This document shows positions 42,101-54,589 of a stretch of DNA of 64,000 nucleotides, in pieces. The position numbers and the translations under genes are program-made. The first letter of the stretch is position 1; the number at the start of each line of letters is the position of its first letter. The DNA comes from the human T2T-CHM13v2.0 reference genome, Homo sapiens. The notes beneath the pieces were generated by a model, which was not told the origin of the DNA, did no database searches, and was given only the letters and a program-made list of their open reading frames with translations. Location: NCBI RefSeq assembly GCF_009914755.1, contig NC_060927.1. One strand, written 5' to 3'.

Positions 42101-44195
42101 AGACAAACATATTAAAACAGAGCAGTAGGAATGTAATGAAAATATGTGGAAATACTATCCCGATATATTTGAGTTTATGAAATAAGTTTCAGCATCAGAA
42201 AATGTAAATTCAGCTGTAGCTAAACAAGAAATGGAAACTTCTTTCAACCTAGACCTGTCAGACTGTCATTCCTAAAAACTGGAAGTGGGATACTGAAATA
42301 TCTAATAGAAATCTTTGTAAGGCCTGACTGTACATTCGACCCTTATGTTACAACCCTTGTAGTTTTTAAAATGTGTCTTTTTTTGTTTTAATGAATTTGA
42401 GTGGTTTTCTCTATAAAATGCAAAGATTACTAAGAACACTAAGTTAAACTAAGTTAAACTTTCCCAAAATCCTCAAAATTTATAAGATTTTACTAGATGA
42501 ACCTGAAATAAAGAGACAAAAATACAACGTTCCCCAACATATTTGACCATAAGACATTGTTTGGAGAATATTTCAGGAAACTAACGATTATATGAAACAA
42601 TTTGCAATATTATATATTTGTTGCTTCTGTCTCAAGTTACTTAATGTTTCATCTTCATATTTTGCTTCTGGCTTTGTTCCATTCTGGTGTAATGTCTGCA
42701 TTCATCTTGTCACCTTCTACCTATGTCACCCGAATTCCATCTGTCAAACTTGTACTTTTTTCACTAATTTTTCCCCTGACTCCCTCTGAGACTTTGTGAG
42801 CCTTATTAAGATTTGCTATTTGAGATGAGAATGTCATTGTCTTGCATAAATCCTCTCATTTTTATGTTTGGGGAAATGTCTCCTCAAAATATGGTACTTA
42901 AACCAATTTTTAAAAATCTAGTTAAGGAAAATACTTATATTTTCTTTAATATATAACAGAAGAGAGATGACATAAAACACAACCTTCTAAATCAATACTG
43001 TCATTTTTAATTTTCTTGAAGGAGAGATATCACACATCTCCCTTTATAGAACCCCCACATGCTCAATTTTTTATATCTTTCAGAAGCTTGGAATGCTCAA
43101 ACATGCAGTACATACAAACACTGATTTCTTTAAACCATGAGGTGGTATTTGCCTTTGTACTGCACAGTGACAAGTTTCCATTTTAATGATGTTTGAATTT
43201 AGCATAGGAATTGGATTCCCTTTTGAATCCACTACACATTCAAATTCCACCTGCTTATCTGTATCTCTTACTAAAGATTAAACTGTTAACCCTCACAATG
43301 AGGGAAAAACAATTAAGAACTTCCAAAAATGTACTGTTTAGTACTGATATTTATATCAAACACGTGTTGCAATGACTGGTGTTTTGCATTTCAAACCCTG
43401 GCTTATATACACTTCCGTGCATTTATAGCCTTATTCAAGGCAGAAACCATTTGCTTTTTACATAGCAATTAAAGCACAGAAAACATTCAGAATTTTGCTA
43501 AATGGCTTGCCTAGTTTATTATAGTTTACCTTGTCTTTTTGTGAGGAGAGCTATTATTTCTGCTCCAAGCTCTTGATCTCCGTGGGGAGTGGAAAAGAGC
43601 ATCTGTTCTGGAACAGAGCTGAAAGTAAATCCCTAGGAATGGGGATGCGGAGTGAAAAAAATGGGAAGAGAACTCTGAGCACATCAGAAAGTCATAAAGA
43701 AAGCTCAGCACCATAATCAGCTTGCAGCTATCACAAAAGACTTCGAGAGGAAGCTCAAGCGGTTAGAAGTTAGTACACTCAGTTTTACAAAAACGAAAGA
43801 AGGGGTGAAGAAGGCAAAAACAAAAATACAGTAAATAAGAGAATCGAGTATGAGGTAGAAAATGGAGAGCGAAAAAGAAATTGAGAAAAGAGGAGAAAGG
43901 AAAGAAGAAATGGATGAGAAAGAACTGTAAGATTTTATAGTTGAGTCTCAGTATGAGACAACTGGGAAAAATGGTTACCCAGTAACAATCTTAATGGACA
44001 TTTGGATTTTTCATGGCTAATATGACTGTGTGTATCTAGACTGGTTAACTGTCTAGGCCAGACTGAATCATTTTATGAGTATAAAACATCAGTGGTCCAT
44101 CCAGGTTTGAGTGTTAAAGTGATAATTTACTTATTTTAGGGTAATAAGGAAATATTTTTACTTGTTTTACAGAACTATAAATCAGTGTATTAAAA

Positions 44196-44379
44196 GAAAT
44201 ATATACATATCTTTTTTTAATTTTATTATTATTATACTTTAAGTTTTAGGGTACATGTTGTGGGGTGGGGGGAGGGGGGAGGTATTGCATTAGGAGATAT
44301 ACCTAATGCTAAATGACGAGTTAATGGGTGCAGCACACCTACATGGCACGTGTATACATATGAAATATATACATATCTT
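44196..44379 (-). mobile_element. Very short 5'-inverted (twin-primed) L1PA3-like insertion, including its TSDs
   Basis: 44212-44258 is the reverse complement of the L1 3' end plus A tail. 44256-44361 is the upstream L1 3'UTR in the opposite orientation. Exact TSD GAAATATATACATATCTT at 44196-44213 and 44362-44379. Confidence 0.95.
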
Positions 44380-45374
44380 GTAATTACATATAAATATATG
44401 CACATGTATATATGTATATACATACACACATGCACACACACACGTCACTGAAAGAGGAGCACCATATGCATGCAAGATTCTTTCCCCTTAAAAAAGGGTT
44501 AGCTACATTTAAAAATTGACATATATTTGTATACTTGGATTTTGATTCATACAATTCCTACATGAAATCTTTGAGGTTAATATTTGCTCCCTTCTTATCT
44601 AAAACAGACTGTTTTCACAATAGCTATGTAAGCCTTCCTTCACTAATACCCCATTCAGTAAGAAAGGGCTTATTTTGATTTCTATGAAACCATTTTGAAA
44701 GTATTGTAAAAGTTTCAAAATTAAAATGATTTCTTAATTTTAAAGATTATGCTTTATGAGGAATATAAAAGATTAGAATCAAAAGATAAGACTGACTTTG
44801 ATCTTCAAAGCCAAGCTGTCTACTTGCTGCATGAGGCTTGCAGGAAAATATGAGCACGTTCTCAATATTTGCATGGTATGTAACTAGCCCTTAATAACCT
44901 TACAGGCTGCTGTTTATAACACAAATCAGGCTTTTGGATAAGTTGATTGATTGGAATTTAAATTCATGGCTTACATGTTTTTGTTTCAGGTAGTTGAATA
45001 AATGAACATCAGAAAAATATGGTAAAATCTAAAGTTTAAATTTAGAAAAAGAAACATTGTTTTTACTAGATGTGTTTATACCATTTGTATGATCTGCCCT
45101 TACACACAGATGCACACATACAAAATGTAATGACGATATTTCTAACCCATTTTTCTCTGCAAATAATGAGATTCACCTAACATTTATTTCCCAGTAGCTC
45201 TGCTCATCTGATCTAATTCCTCATTGACATAACCAGGACTCATTTAATTGCAAGAGCTAGAAACTCAATGCAAGGAATTCGAGCAAAATACAAAAATTTT
45301 GGCTCATAAAATTGGTACACAGTGAATTGGTATAAAAGAAATATCTGGTATCATCGACTTAATAAATACCAAGA

Positions 45375-45392
45375 GTGTGTGTGTGTGTGTGT
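45375..45392. repeat. (GT)9 microsatellite
   Basis: Read directly. Confidence 0.95.
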
Positions 45393-46277
45393 CCCCATCT
45401 CTCTTTCTGTCTGTCTCATAGATGCCCACATCATGGATATTTTTTCTGCACAAAGTTTCATTTTCTTTTGTTGTTGATAGACTTTTCCCATATAAGGTAG
45501 ATAGCGGCTCCCAGAGGCTGATTATTTGCACATAATTACAAGAATTTTCTCTATCCCTGCTCAGCCCCCTGCAAAAAATTCCTGATTAGTATTTTGATTG
45601 CACTACCTGGTTTATGTGCATGTGCCTTTTTCTGGACCAATCTCTGTGGCCATGAGCATGAGGTCCTCTGAGCTACTCATGAGCATGCACCCCTCTATTA
45701 GGTGCCTGGACTTGTAGCCGGAGCATTATTTACCTGCAAAAGGATGAGAAGTGAAAGTGAAAGAGAACAGACATGCCTTCCTGACTGCAGTCATCATTTC
45801 TCCTTTGAAACTGTATGTTTCCCCAACGTTTACAACCGCCATGTGATCAATTCAGAAAGAAATTATTATTGAAAAACAGCTATGAATCACCACAGACATT
45901 ACTAACACAATAATAATAATAATAATAGCTATTTCTTATTTCAGGCAATTGCACAAGATATGTTCTTCTATTATCTCGTGTGATTTTCCTCAAAATATTA
46001 TGAAATAGACTATTTCTGTTTTACATAATAGAAAACTCAAATTGAATGTGAATAGCTCAAACCATTTAACCAAAAGTTATAAAGTGTATTCAATTTTGGA
46101 TTGTATGTAGAACAATCAAAACCTCAAATAGCAGACATGGTGATAGTATAGCATAAATTTTAGGCTTCTGCGGGCCTTAATCAGTACTGTCAATGTGATG
46201 GCATGTAAGACAACACCAAAAACTTAGCAATAATTATAATGTAGTCAACACTACATATAAGAATAAGACGTAGTTTC

Positions 46278-46729
46278 TGTATTGGTTAGGATTAGGTTCA
46301 ATTGAATGTGACTGAATCTGTAACAATATCGACTAAGACACAGTCTTATTGTTTTTTCATGAAAATGAAATGTAGGGAGAGGGACACAGTCCTTATTGGA
46401 ACCGTTACTTTATTATCGTTGGAGATCCATCCCTAGTGTTTTGCTTCATGTTCCAGCATGACTCTTCAATAGGCAGCTGTAACGTTCAAGCTATCAGAAA
46501 GACTGACAGTTACAGAGTGCAGAGCGAGGTGTGTCTCCCTCCATCTCAGATACATTCCAGATGTTGTGCATAGCACTTTTAGGCAGCACTTTATCATATT
46601 GCCACACCTAACTACAAGGGAAGCTTATAAATAGAGGCTTTGTTCCATTAGGTCATGTGCACAGCTAAAATTTGGGATTCCCTAAGAGAAGAAGAGGGAA
46701 ATGGAGCAGGCAACTAGGAATCTCTGCCA
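46278..46729 (-). mobile_element. Old MLT1 (I/J-like) LTR
   Basis: tgtattggttaggattaggttc, ccacacctaactacaagggaagc and gcaggcaactaggaatctctgcca. Confidence 0.7.
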
Positions 46730-47026
46730 AGAACTTTCATATACTTTCCTCTGCAAAGTGCCACTGATACCACTCTTGAAGCCCAACTATTATCGCCCTG
46801 GTCCTGTTCCTTTATATAGTTAGGGAGCAACATTCTCACCTATTATATTAAACATAAGATTTTACTTTGCAGTTTATAGAGTTACATTATGCTTTTTATT
46901 TATGAATTTAAGCAGTGTGTTCTCTCTAACTTCTCGTTAAAACCTGTTTAGCTCTCTACATACTGTCTCTCAAACCTTACTGCAAGAATATGTTCAACCA
47001 TAGTAAAAAAACCAAAAACTTTACAC

Positions 47027-47575
47027 TGTCGTAAATTGCATCAAAAAAAATGGCTGCAAGAGCATTTCTTGTTTTGTGTATTCTTCCAGAAAAGTGTCAC
47101 TCCCTGAAGAGGGGATGTCTATTTCCCTTACCTTGAAGTTGGGAGGGTCTTTGTGACTATTTTGATGAACAGAATGAAGTAGAAGCAATGCTGAAGGTTT
47201 TCTGAAACTAAGTCACAAATGCTGAAAAAGCTTCCACCTGACTCTCTCTCTTTTGGAATGCTTGACCTTGGAACCTAGTAGCAATGTTGCAAGACAGTCG
47301 TGTGGAAAAACCATGAATAAGTCTTTTGACCACAGCCTTAGCTGCTTGAAATGTCCCAATTAACTGTATCAATCATCAGATTAGTAAATGAGTGAGACTT
47401 CTGATGATTATAAACTCCAGTTTTTGAGCTATCACAGCTGATACACACTGGAGTGGAGCAAAGTTGTCCCCACTGAGCTCTGCCCAAAGTACGTATGAGT
47501 AAGCAAAGTATATGTGTCATTGTTTTAAGCCATTAAGTTTTGGAGTGGTTAGTTATATGATACTTGGTAACCAAT
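47027..47575 (+). mobile_element. MLT1H-like LTR
   Basis: gtctatttcccttaccttgaa, ccactgagctctgcccaaa and ttgttttaagccattaagttttggagtgg. Confidence 0.8.
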
Positions 47576-47852
47576 TAAGGACTAGTAGAATAGAAATATG
47601 TGGGGAGAAACTAATAGAATAGAAGTATCATCCAATCATCTCATTTTAATGGTGAGAAAACCCTGGGAGAATTCACAGCAAGTAAGTTACTTACAGCCAT
47701 ACAATTATGCAGCATAATATATCCACGAGTCACTCTCAGGCATTCTAATTCTTCCTATGCAGTTTGCTTTTTTTCCTCTATGATATCATATCTGAAATAT
47801 TATTTGCAATTTTTCTATATCAAGATTTATACTTTTAGATGTGAACTATAAC

Positions 47853-48052
47853 TCAGTAATTCTCAACCCCGAGTGTATGTTTGAATTACTTACTGGTCCT
47901 CTGGAATCAGAATTCTCTGCCCCATTACAGGCCTATTGAATGGAAATCTCTGGGCGTGGGTGTGTGTGCGGGGGGGCGGGGGGTGCACGCATGCAGACCC
48001 ACACACCAATTCTACACCTAATTCTAAGGAGCAGACACTGTTGAGACTTCTT
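47853..48052 (+). mobile_element. MER5A-like hAT element with a G-rich interior
   Basis: cagtaattctcaacc...ggaaatctctggg...aattctaag...ttgagacttcttg. Confidence 0.6.
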
Positions 48053-48104
48053 GGTATAGATCATATTCCTTGGCCGAATGTTTCTTTGTTTTTTGCTTTT
48101 TTGC

Positions 48105-48245
48105 CAATTCTTTTTCTTTTTGTAGCGATCAGGGCCTCACTGTATTGCCCAGGGAGGCCTTAAACTCCTAGGTCCAAACCACCCTCCTGCCTCTGCCTCC
48201 CCACATGTTGGGATTACAGGCTGGGATTACAGCTATGAGCCACCA
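48105..48245 (-). mobile_element. FLAM/AluJ monomer
   Basis: ttttgtagcgatcagggcctcactgtattgccca...cctcctgcctctgcctcc...tgggattacag (twice)...tgagccacc. Confidence 0.8.
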
Positions 48246-48788
48246 CAGAATGTTTCTTTGTAACAGAGAATCAACAGGTAGAAAATTTTCATATATTCAA
48301 CTCTGGATCTGTCACTCCAAAGTCCTTAGACCCTATTGCTTTTATTTGCATAAAACAAAATGGAATATTAACAAACTGTGTTTGGCAGAAAATGAAAAGA
48401 TACTTGTTATATGATATAATCCCTTTCTAAATTATATTTTGCTAAGAATCTTCTGTGCATTAGTCCTTCTCTGACTCAATTCAGTTCAACACATTAGCCA
48501 GGAACTATGCTTGGCAATGGGAATTCAAAAATGAAAACGATCTGCCAGCATAATTAGGAAGATTTTCAGAAAGCTGACATTCATTTTTGTGTGATAATGC
48601 CATAATAGTACACACAGGCTGCTATGGGACCACAGAACAAAGGCCATTATTCCAACATAAAGGCACTTGAAAAAAATCATATAGGAGACAACACCTGAGG
48701 TGACTCTTGAAGGTCAATCATAAATGTTATCTAGACAAAATAACATGTTATTTTAGGGCATGTAATTCAAGAAAAGGCTAGTATACAG

Positions 48789-48982
48789 CAGGGGTCAGCA
48801 AACTTCATTCAGCCTATGGGCCAAATCTAGCCACTACCTATATTACAAATAAAGTTTTATTTGAACAGAGTCATGCCCCATTGTTACAACAGAGTTTAGT
48901 TGTCATAACAGAGACAGAATGGCCCACAAAGGTGAAGATATGTACTAGCTGTGCCTTCACAGAAAAAGTTTTCTGACCTCTG
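48789..48982 (+). mobile_element. MER58A hAT-Charlie element
   Basis: TIRs caggggtcagcaaac / gttttctgacctctg. 8-bp TSD gtatacag / gtttacag. Confidence 0.9.
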
Positions 48983-49384
48983 GTTTACAGAGAACAGTAT
49001 CTTACATATTATCATATATTCAATAAATTACAAATGTTAAATATAAAAAATATAAAATTTAAAGGAGAAAAGGGAAGAGTTTTTGAGTATATAGTCATAG
49101 GTTGGAGACATGAAGGGCTGTTAGGGTAAGGTGCTTGTGGTTTGTTTTTGTGTCACAGAGACCAGATTAAGAGTTTTAAGGAGCAGAGGGACATGATCAG
49201 ATTTAGCAAGATTTCCCTGGTGCGTTGTGGAGATATTAAACCCAAGATAGGATATAAGGAGACTGTTAAAAAGTAAGGTATCTTAAGGACTTAAAGTAGG
49301 AGAGAGAGAAAACAGATGAACAGAAAAGGATCTATAGCAATCCTTTAGTAGGTAAAATCAGCATGACTTATTGAATCTCATCTG

Positions 49385-49935
49385 TCCTCATTTTAAAACA
49401 TGTATGCGAATTATTGACACTCCTCCCTTCAAAAGGTGAAGCCTAATTACTCTTGCCTTAGTTGTAGGCCCAACCTAGGGACTCCTCTCCAATGAAAAGA
49501 ATGTGACAGGAGTGATGCTGTGTGGCTTCCAAGGCTAGGTCACAAAGAGCATAGCTTCTACTGGATTCTCTCTCTTTTGGATCTCTCTCTCTGATGCTCT
49601 GCTCTAAAGAAAAAGCCAAACAACCTGTTTTAAGAATAATAAAGCAGGCCTAGGACAGTTCCATGTAAAGAGAACCTGAGGCTTTTCCCAAATTTGCCAG
49701 CAACATCAGTGAACCACATTGGAATGGGATCCGATAGCATCTCTAAGTCTTTGGCTGCCTCGAGGCCTGGACAGCATCCTGACTGTAACCTCGTGAGAGA
49801 CCCTGAGCCAGAATCGCTCCAACGAGCTGCTTCCAAATTCCTGACTCAAAGAAACGGTGAAGGAAATAAATATTTGTCGTTTTCAGTCATTGATTATGGG
49901 GATAATTTGTTATGGGGCAACATATAATTAATATG
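49385..49935 (+). mobile_element. MLT1F-like LTR
   Basis: gacactcctcccttcaaaaggtg, gtgagagaccctgagccagaa and ggggataatttgttat. Confidence 0.82.
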
Positions 49936-52231
49936 TCACGATTTACTGAAATGGGTAATGCAGGAGGAGGAAAAAAATGGGGTGGTGGGCGGAAATGCTA
50001 TGGCCCTGATGATTTGAAGGTCATGTAAGAGAGCATAATAAACATGTCAAGAGAAACTTTGATATTCTTCTCTAGTCTGACAGTCAGGGAGAGGCCAAGG
50101 ATTAAACTAGTATTCCTTAAGGTACCTGTAATGTACAATCTTGAAACTCTCTTCAGTGCATTTTTATTTTAGTGACGATATTTCCCTTTACGGCAAGGTG
50201 TTTGTTCTTCTCTTTGCTTCTTTGTCCATTGGTGTGTAACATCTTTTGGGTCAGCACATAACTGTTGTAGAAAGGAAACATTTCTAAAATAAGAAAACTG
50301 GCAAAGATAAAACTTTTAGTCTTTTAACTTATATTTAAACACTCTGTTAAAGAAACAAGCTCTCAACTAACAACCAATGTACCTGAAAACTAGAAAAGGT
50401 TTCCACTGAAAGCTAAACTGCAGATGCTCTCAGTGAGTTGGAGAAATTCCGACACCAGGGTTTGATAGTATTTTCCTCAGATACTCTAAACATATTCAAA
50501 TGCAATATTCTCCAGCTAGATTTTTCATGGATATGTGCACTAGATAAGGTCTGTGAGGTTGGGGAAGTGTCCAGATATAAGCATACCGAAGATAGAAAAT
50601 GACTCTACACTGTTATAATACTAGGTTCAACTTCTAGCTTCCAGCATAAATATATCCCTAACACCATAGTCTGAATGTCAGCAAAATTGCTCTCTGCCAC
50701 GGTTGAGTGCACTGGCATAAAAATTATATAGTTTAATATTTATATATCAACAAGGAACATCTACAGAAAATATGCTCACTCTAGTTCATAGAAGATTGAA
50801 TGTGGACATCATAAGCAAGAAAATTATATATCTCAAAAACCATTACAGATTTAAGAAAATATAAACGTCAATACAATTTCAAAAATTAGGAGTTACCAAT
50901 TTAAATCTTTAAAAATTAGATATTTAAAAATTAGGCTGCATGGGGGCAGCCACTCAGATGTTGCCCCCTCAGTGAATGATCCTCAGGCGACCCAAGTTTT
51001 TGGCTCTCTGGGGTGTCAGTTTGTGAAGAGGAACCCAGGCACGTTACACACCTTGGATTTTGTTCTCCTCCTCTACAAGGAAAATGCAATAAGTTGTCTC
51101 AGGGCAAAGGGGAATTTGTTAAATTTCTTTTCTTTGAATTGGTAGGGGTACAAGCACTTGGGGACTGAAAGTCTGGAAGCTCTTCTGAGCTGTTGTTTAA
51201 ATGTTTGACAAACATTTAATAAGTGACCCTTATTCATCAGGCATACTAGGCACTTTGAACATGGGTTGATAGCCCAAGGTACTTCCTTTGAGTAGCTTAT
51301 GGTCTCAGAAGATTGGTCACCTTTTGGCGTTATTAAGGGCATTGTATTTTTCATGTTCACACAATCAGATACACACACACTCACACACAATTAACAACAA
51401 ACCTTACTGAATCACTCCTGCCTGTGTTAGACACAAAGAGTTCTGTTGATCCCCTTAACACCCACAAACTGTTGTGCCAATTTACAACTGTAACCATATG
51501 CAGCTTCACATTTCTTCAAACTTTTACTTGCCATTCTCTCCCTCCATGTTTCTCTTTATCTTCCGTCTTGTGTCCTCTCCTAAAATCCAAGAAAATCCTC
51601 AATGAACTACTGAAAGACCTTTTTATCCTGGATTAAAGGTGAAGCCTATTCTGTGGCTTGTTGGGGTCTGTGTGAGGAGCAGGATTTTACTTACTTAGTA
51701 GATCCAGAAGTTAGAGTAACTTTTTAATACTGAATAGAATAGAAATTAATTTTTCACCACCATGGGAGATAGATGTGGTCAGCAAGGGGAAAGCTAGACT
51801 GACTTCCATTTGCTGTGGTCAAAAAAGAACATAGAGATTTTATTATCCAAAACTAGATGATGCTAATAGATGGAGCCTGCTAGTTTATCCCAAGAACTGC
51901 CATTGTATTAGAACAGGGTCATCCCATCTGAGTTTAATTTTCTAATGAAAACAACACCAAAATGTTCCTGAGGTCCTTGTGAAGTTTTGAAATACTGTAC
52001 CCCAAGTAGCTAAGTGGTGGGAGAGAGGGGGTAGCTGCCTGCGGGATTGTCTGAGGGGGGTGAAATTAACAGCTCGCCAATCTGCTCAGATGGAATTCCT
52101 GTGAAAATCATAAAAATGACACAGCACCCACACCACACATTCACTTGGAGATGTCTTCCTTACAGCCCACCCTCTCCTCCTCCAATACCAAAAATGCACA
52201 AATTAGCACTACATAGAATTTTGGTTGCATT

Positions 52232-52689
52232 TGTGAACACTGAAACTCTGAGATAGCTCTCAGTTAGTTTAGAAAGTTTATGTTAGTTTATGTTGCCAAG
52301 GTTGAGGATGTGCACCAGTGATACAGTCTTAGGAAGTTCTGCGAACATGTGCCCAAGGAGGCCAGGGCACAGCTTGGTTCTATGAATTTTAGGGAGACGT
52401 GAGATATCAATCAATATATGTAAGAAGTACATTGGTTCGGTCCAGAAAGGCGGGGAAAACTAGAAGCAGGGAGGGGCTTTCTAGGCCACAGGTAGGTGAG
52501 GGACAAATGGTTGCATTCTTCTGAGTTTCTGATAAGCCTTTCCAAAGGAGGCAATCAGATAGGCATCTAACTCAGTGAACAGAGGGATGGCTTTGAATAG
52601 AATGGGAGGAAGGTTTGCACTGAGTAGTTCCCAGCTTGACTTTTCTCTTTAGCTTAGTAGTTTTGGGGCCCCAAGATTTTCCTTCCACA
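52232..52689 (-). mobile_element. MER4A1-like ERV1 solo LTR
   Basis: The minus strand reads TGTGGAAGGAAAATCTTGGGGCCCCAAAA...GTTCACA. Exact TSD CATT at 52228-52231 and 52690-52693. Confidence 0.92.
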
Positions 52690-53176
52690 CATTGCAACAT
52701 GGTTTAAAGTCCAAATCCAAATCCAAATTGCAAGCAAAGGCAGTGATTCCCAAGAGCCCTCAAACATGCCGAATGAAAAGTTCTTTCAGAAGACGTACAG
52801 GAGAATGATTTTTGAGCATTTGTATTCCAGTAGAATTGTTTTTGTAATTATCTACCCAATTTCCTTTAAGAGTCTCCTGAGGCACTTTTTGAAGACTAGA
52901 AGAAAATGAGCAAAAGGTTCTTGTGGTTTATTAGAGGGGGAAAAACAACTCCTATTATTTAAAGGATCTCAAAGGCAAAAGAGGGATTTTAGGTTGAAGG
53001 ATAATAACAAATATTGTGCAAAGATTTTAAAATTTGTTTTATTCCAAGGAAAAGAAAATATTAAAGTAACCCAACCAACATTTTCTTGGGCATTAAAAAT
53101 AATGATGTTTATTGTAATTCATATTTTGTCTTTGCTTTTCATATCTGCATTATAAATATGCACCTTACAAATATAT

Positions 53177-53530
53177 TGATATGGTTTGGCTGTGTCCCCA
53201 CCCAAATCTCAACTTGAACTTTATCTCCCAGAATTCCCATGTGTTATGGGAGGAGCCCAAGGGGAGGCAATAGAATTATGGGGGCAGGTCTTTCCTTCTC
53301 TATTTTTGTGATAGTGAATAAGTCTCTTGAGATCTGATGGGTTTATCAGGGGTTTCCGCTTTTGCTTCCTCCTCATTTTCTCTTGCTGCCACCATGTAAG
53401 AAGTGCCTTTTACCACCTGCCATGATTCTGAGGCCTCCTCAGCCATGTGGAACTGTGAGTCCAATTAAACCTCTTTTTCCTCCCAGTCTCAGGCATGTCT
53501 TTATCAGCAATGTGAAAATGAACTAATACA
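53177..53530 (+). mobile_element. THE1A-like solo LTR
   Basis: TGATATGG...ACTAATACA termini, gggtttatcaggggtttccgcttttgc, exact TSD TATAT. Confidence 0.95.
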
Positions 53531-54221
53531 TATATTTGTCAGAAAACCGAAGCTATACTTGTACAGCCAGCTATTTTTAAAAGTACTTTATGTTCTGAAA
53601 AAGTGCTATGACTTGTTCTCAATCTATGTGAAAAAGACCTGAGCATATAAAAAGTGTTTGCTCTCTGTCCTTAAATGAGTTGTTAGGTATTATGTGTTGA
53701 AACTTCTGACAGGGGCAAAGAGCTGATGGAAACTTGTAAGGACTTACATTATAACTCAAGTAGGTATCATTGCATTATGCTGTTAGACTTAAGGCTATAG
53801 TAGAATTGCATGAGCAAATTATATTTGTTGTCATAAATCAATGAATAATGCTTTTATTAATTATTTGTTGAGTCTTGCTTTTGGTCTCACACGGGACTTT
53901 AAATTTGGAATGATTTTGGGACAGAAAACAAAACCACACCCTCATTAGGTCATAATTGCTTTCTAACTTGATCTCTGGCACATTATTTACATAAGTAGAT
54001 TTTACTTATTAGTCTTGTTAGCAATGAAGTAATCATATTTGTTATCCAAAGTTAAACATGATGTACTGTTGGCTTTTTGTCAATTTTAGAAGGGATGTAA
54101 AACCTTGGCATAGAGCTGAAATGTTTTACATGACAGAAGATATTTTATTTTTCTTTAAATAACAGTCTAATATTCCTACATGCACAATAAATAGACTCTT
54201 CTGAGAGTGTATGGAAGTAGA

Positions 54222-54589
<368 letters not shown>

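Noticed and set aside
43190-43245. Possible hairpin (tggattc/gaatcca plus tttgaat/attcaaa)
   Set aside because: The stems are short with a large asymmetric loop, so it is not pre-miRNA-like.
50940-50980. CTCF-like motif and small inverted repeat
   Set aside because: The 5' half of the CTCF core does not match and the stem is short.
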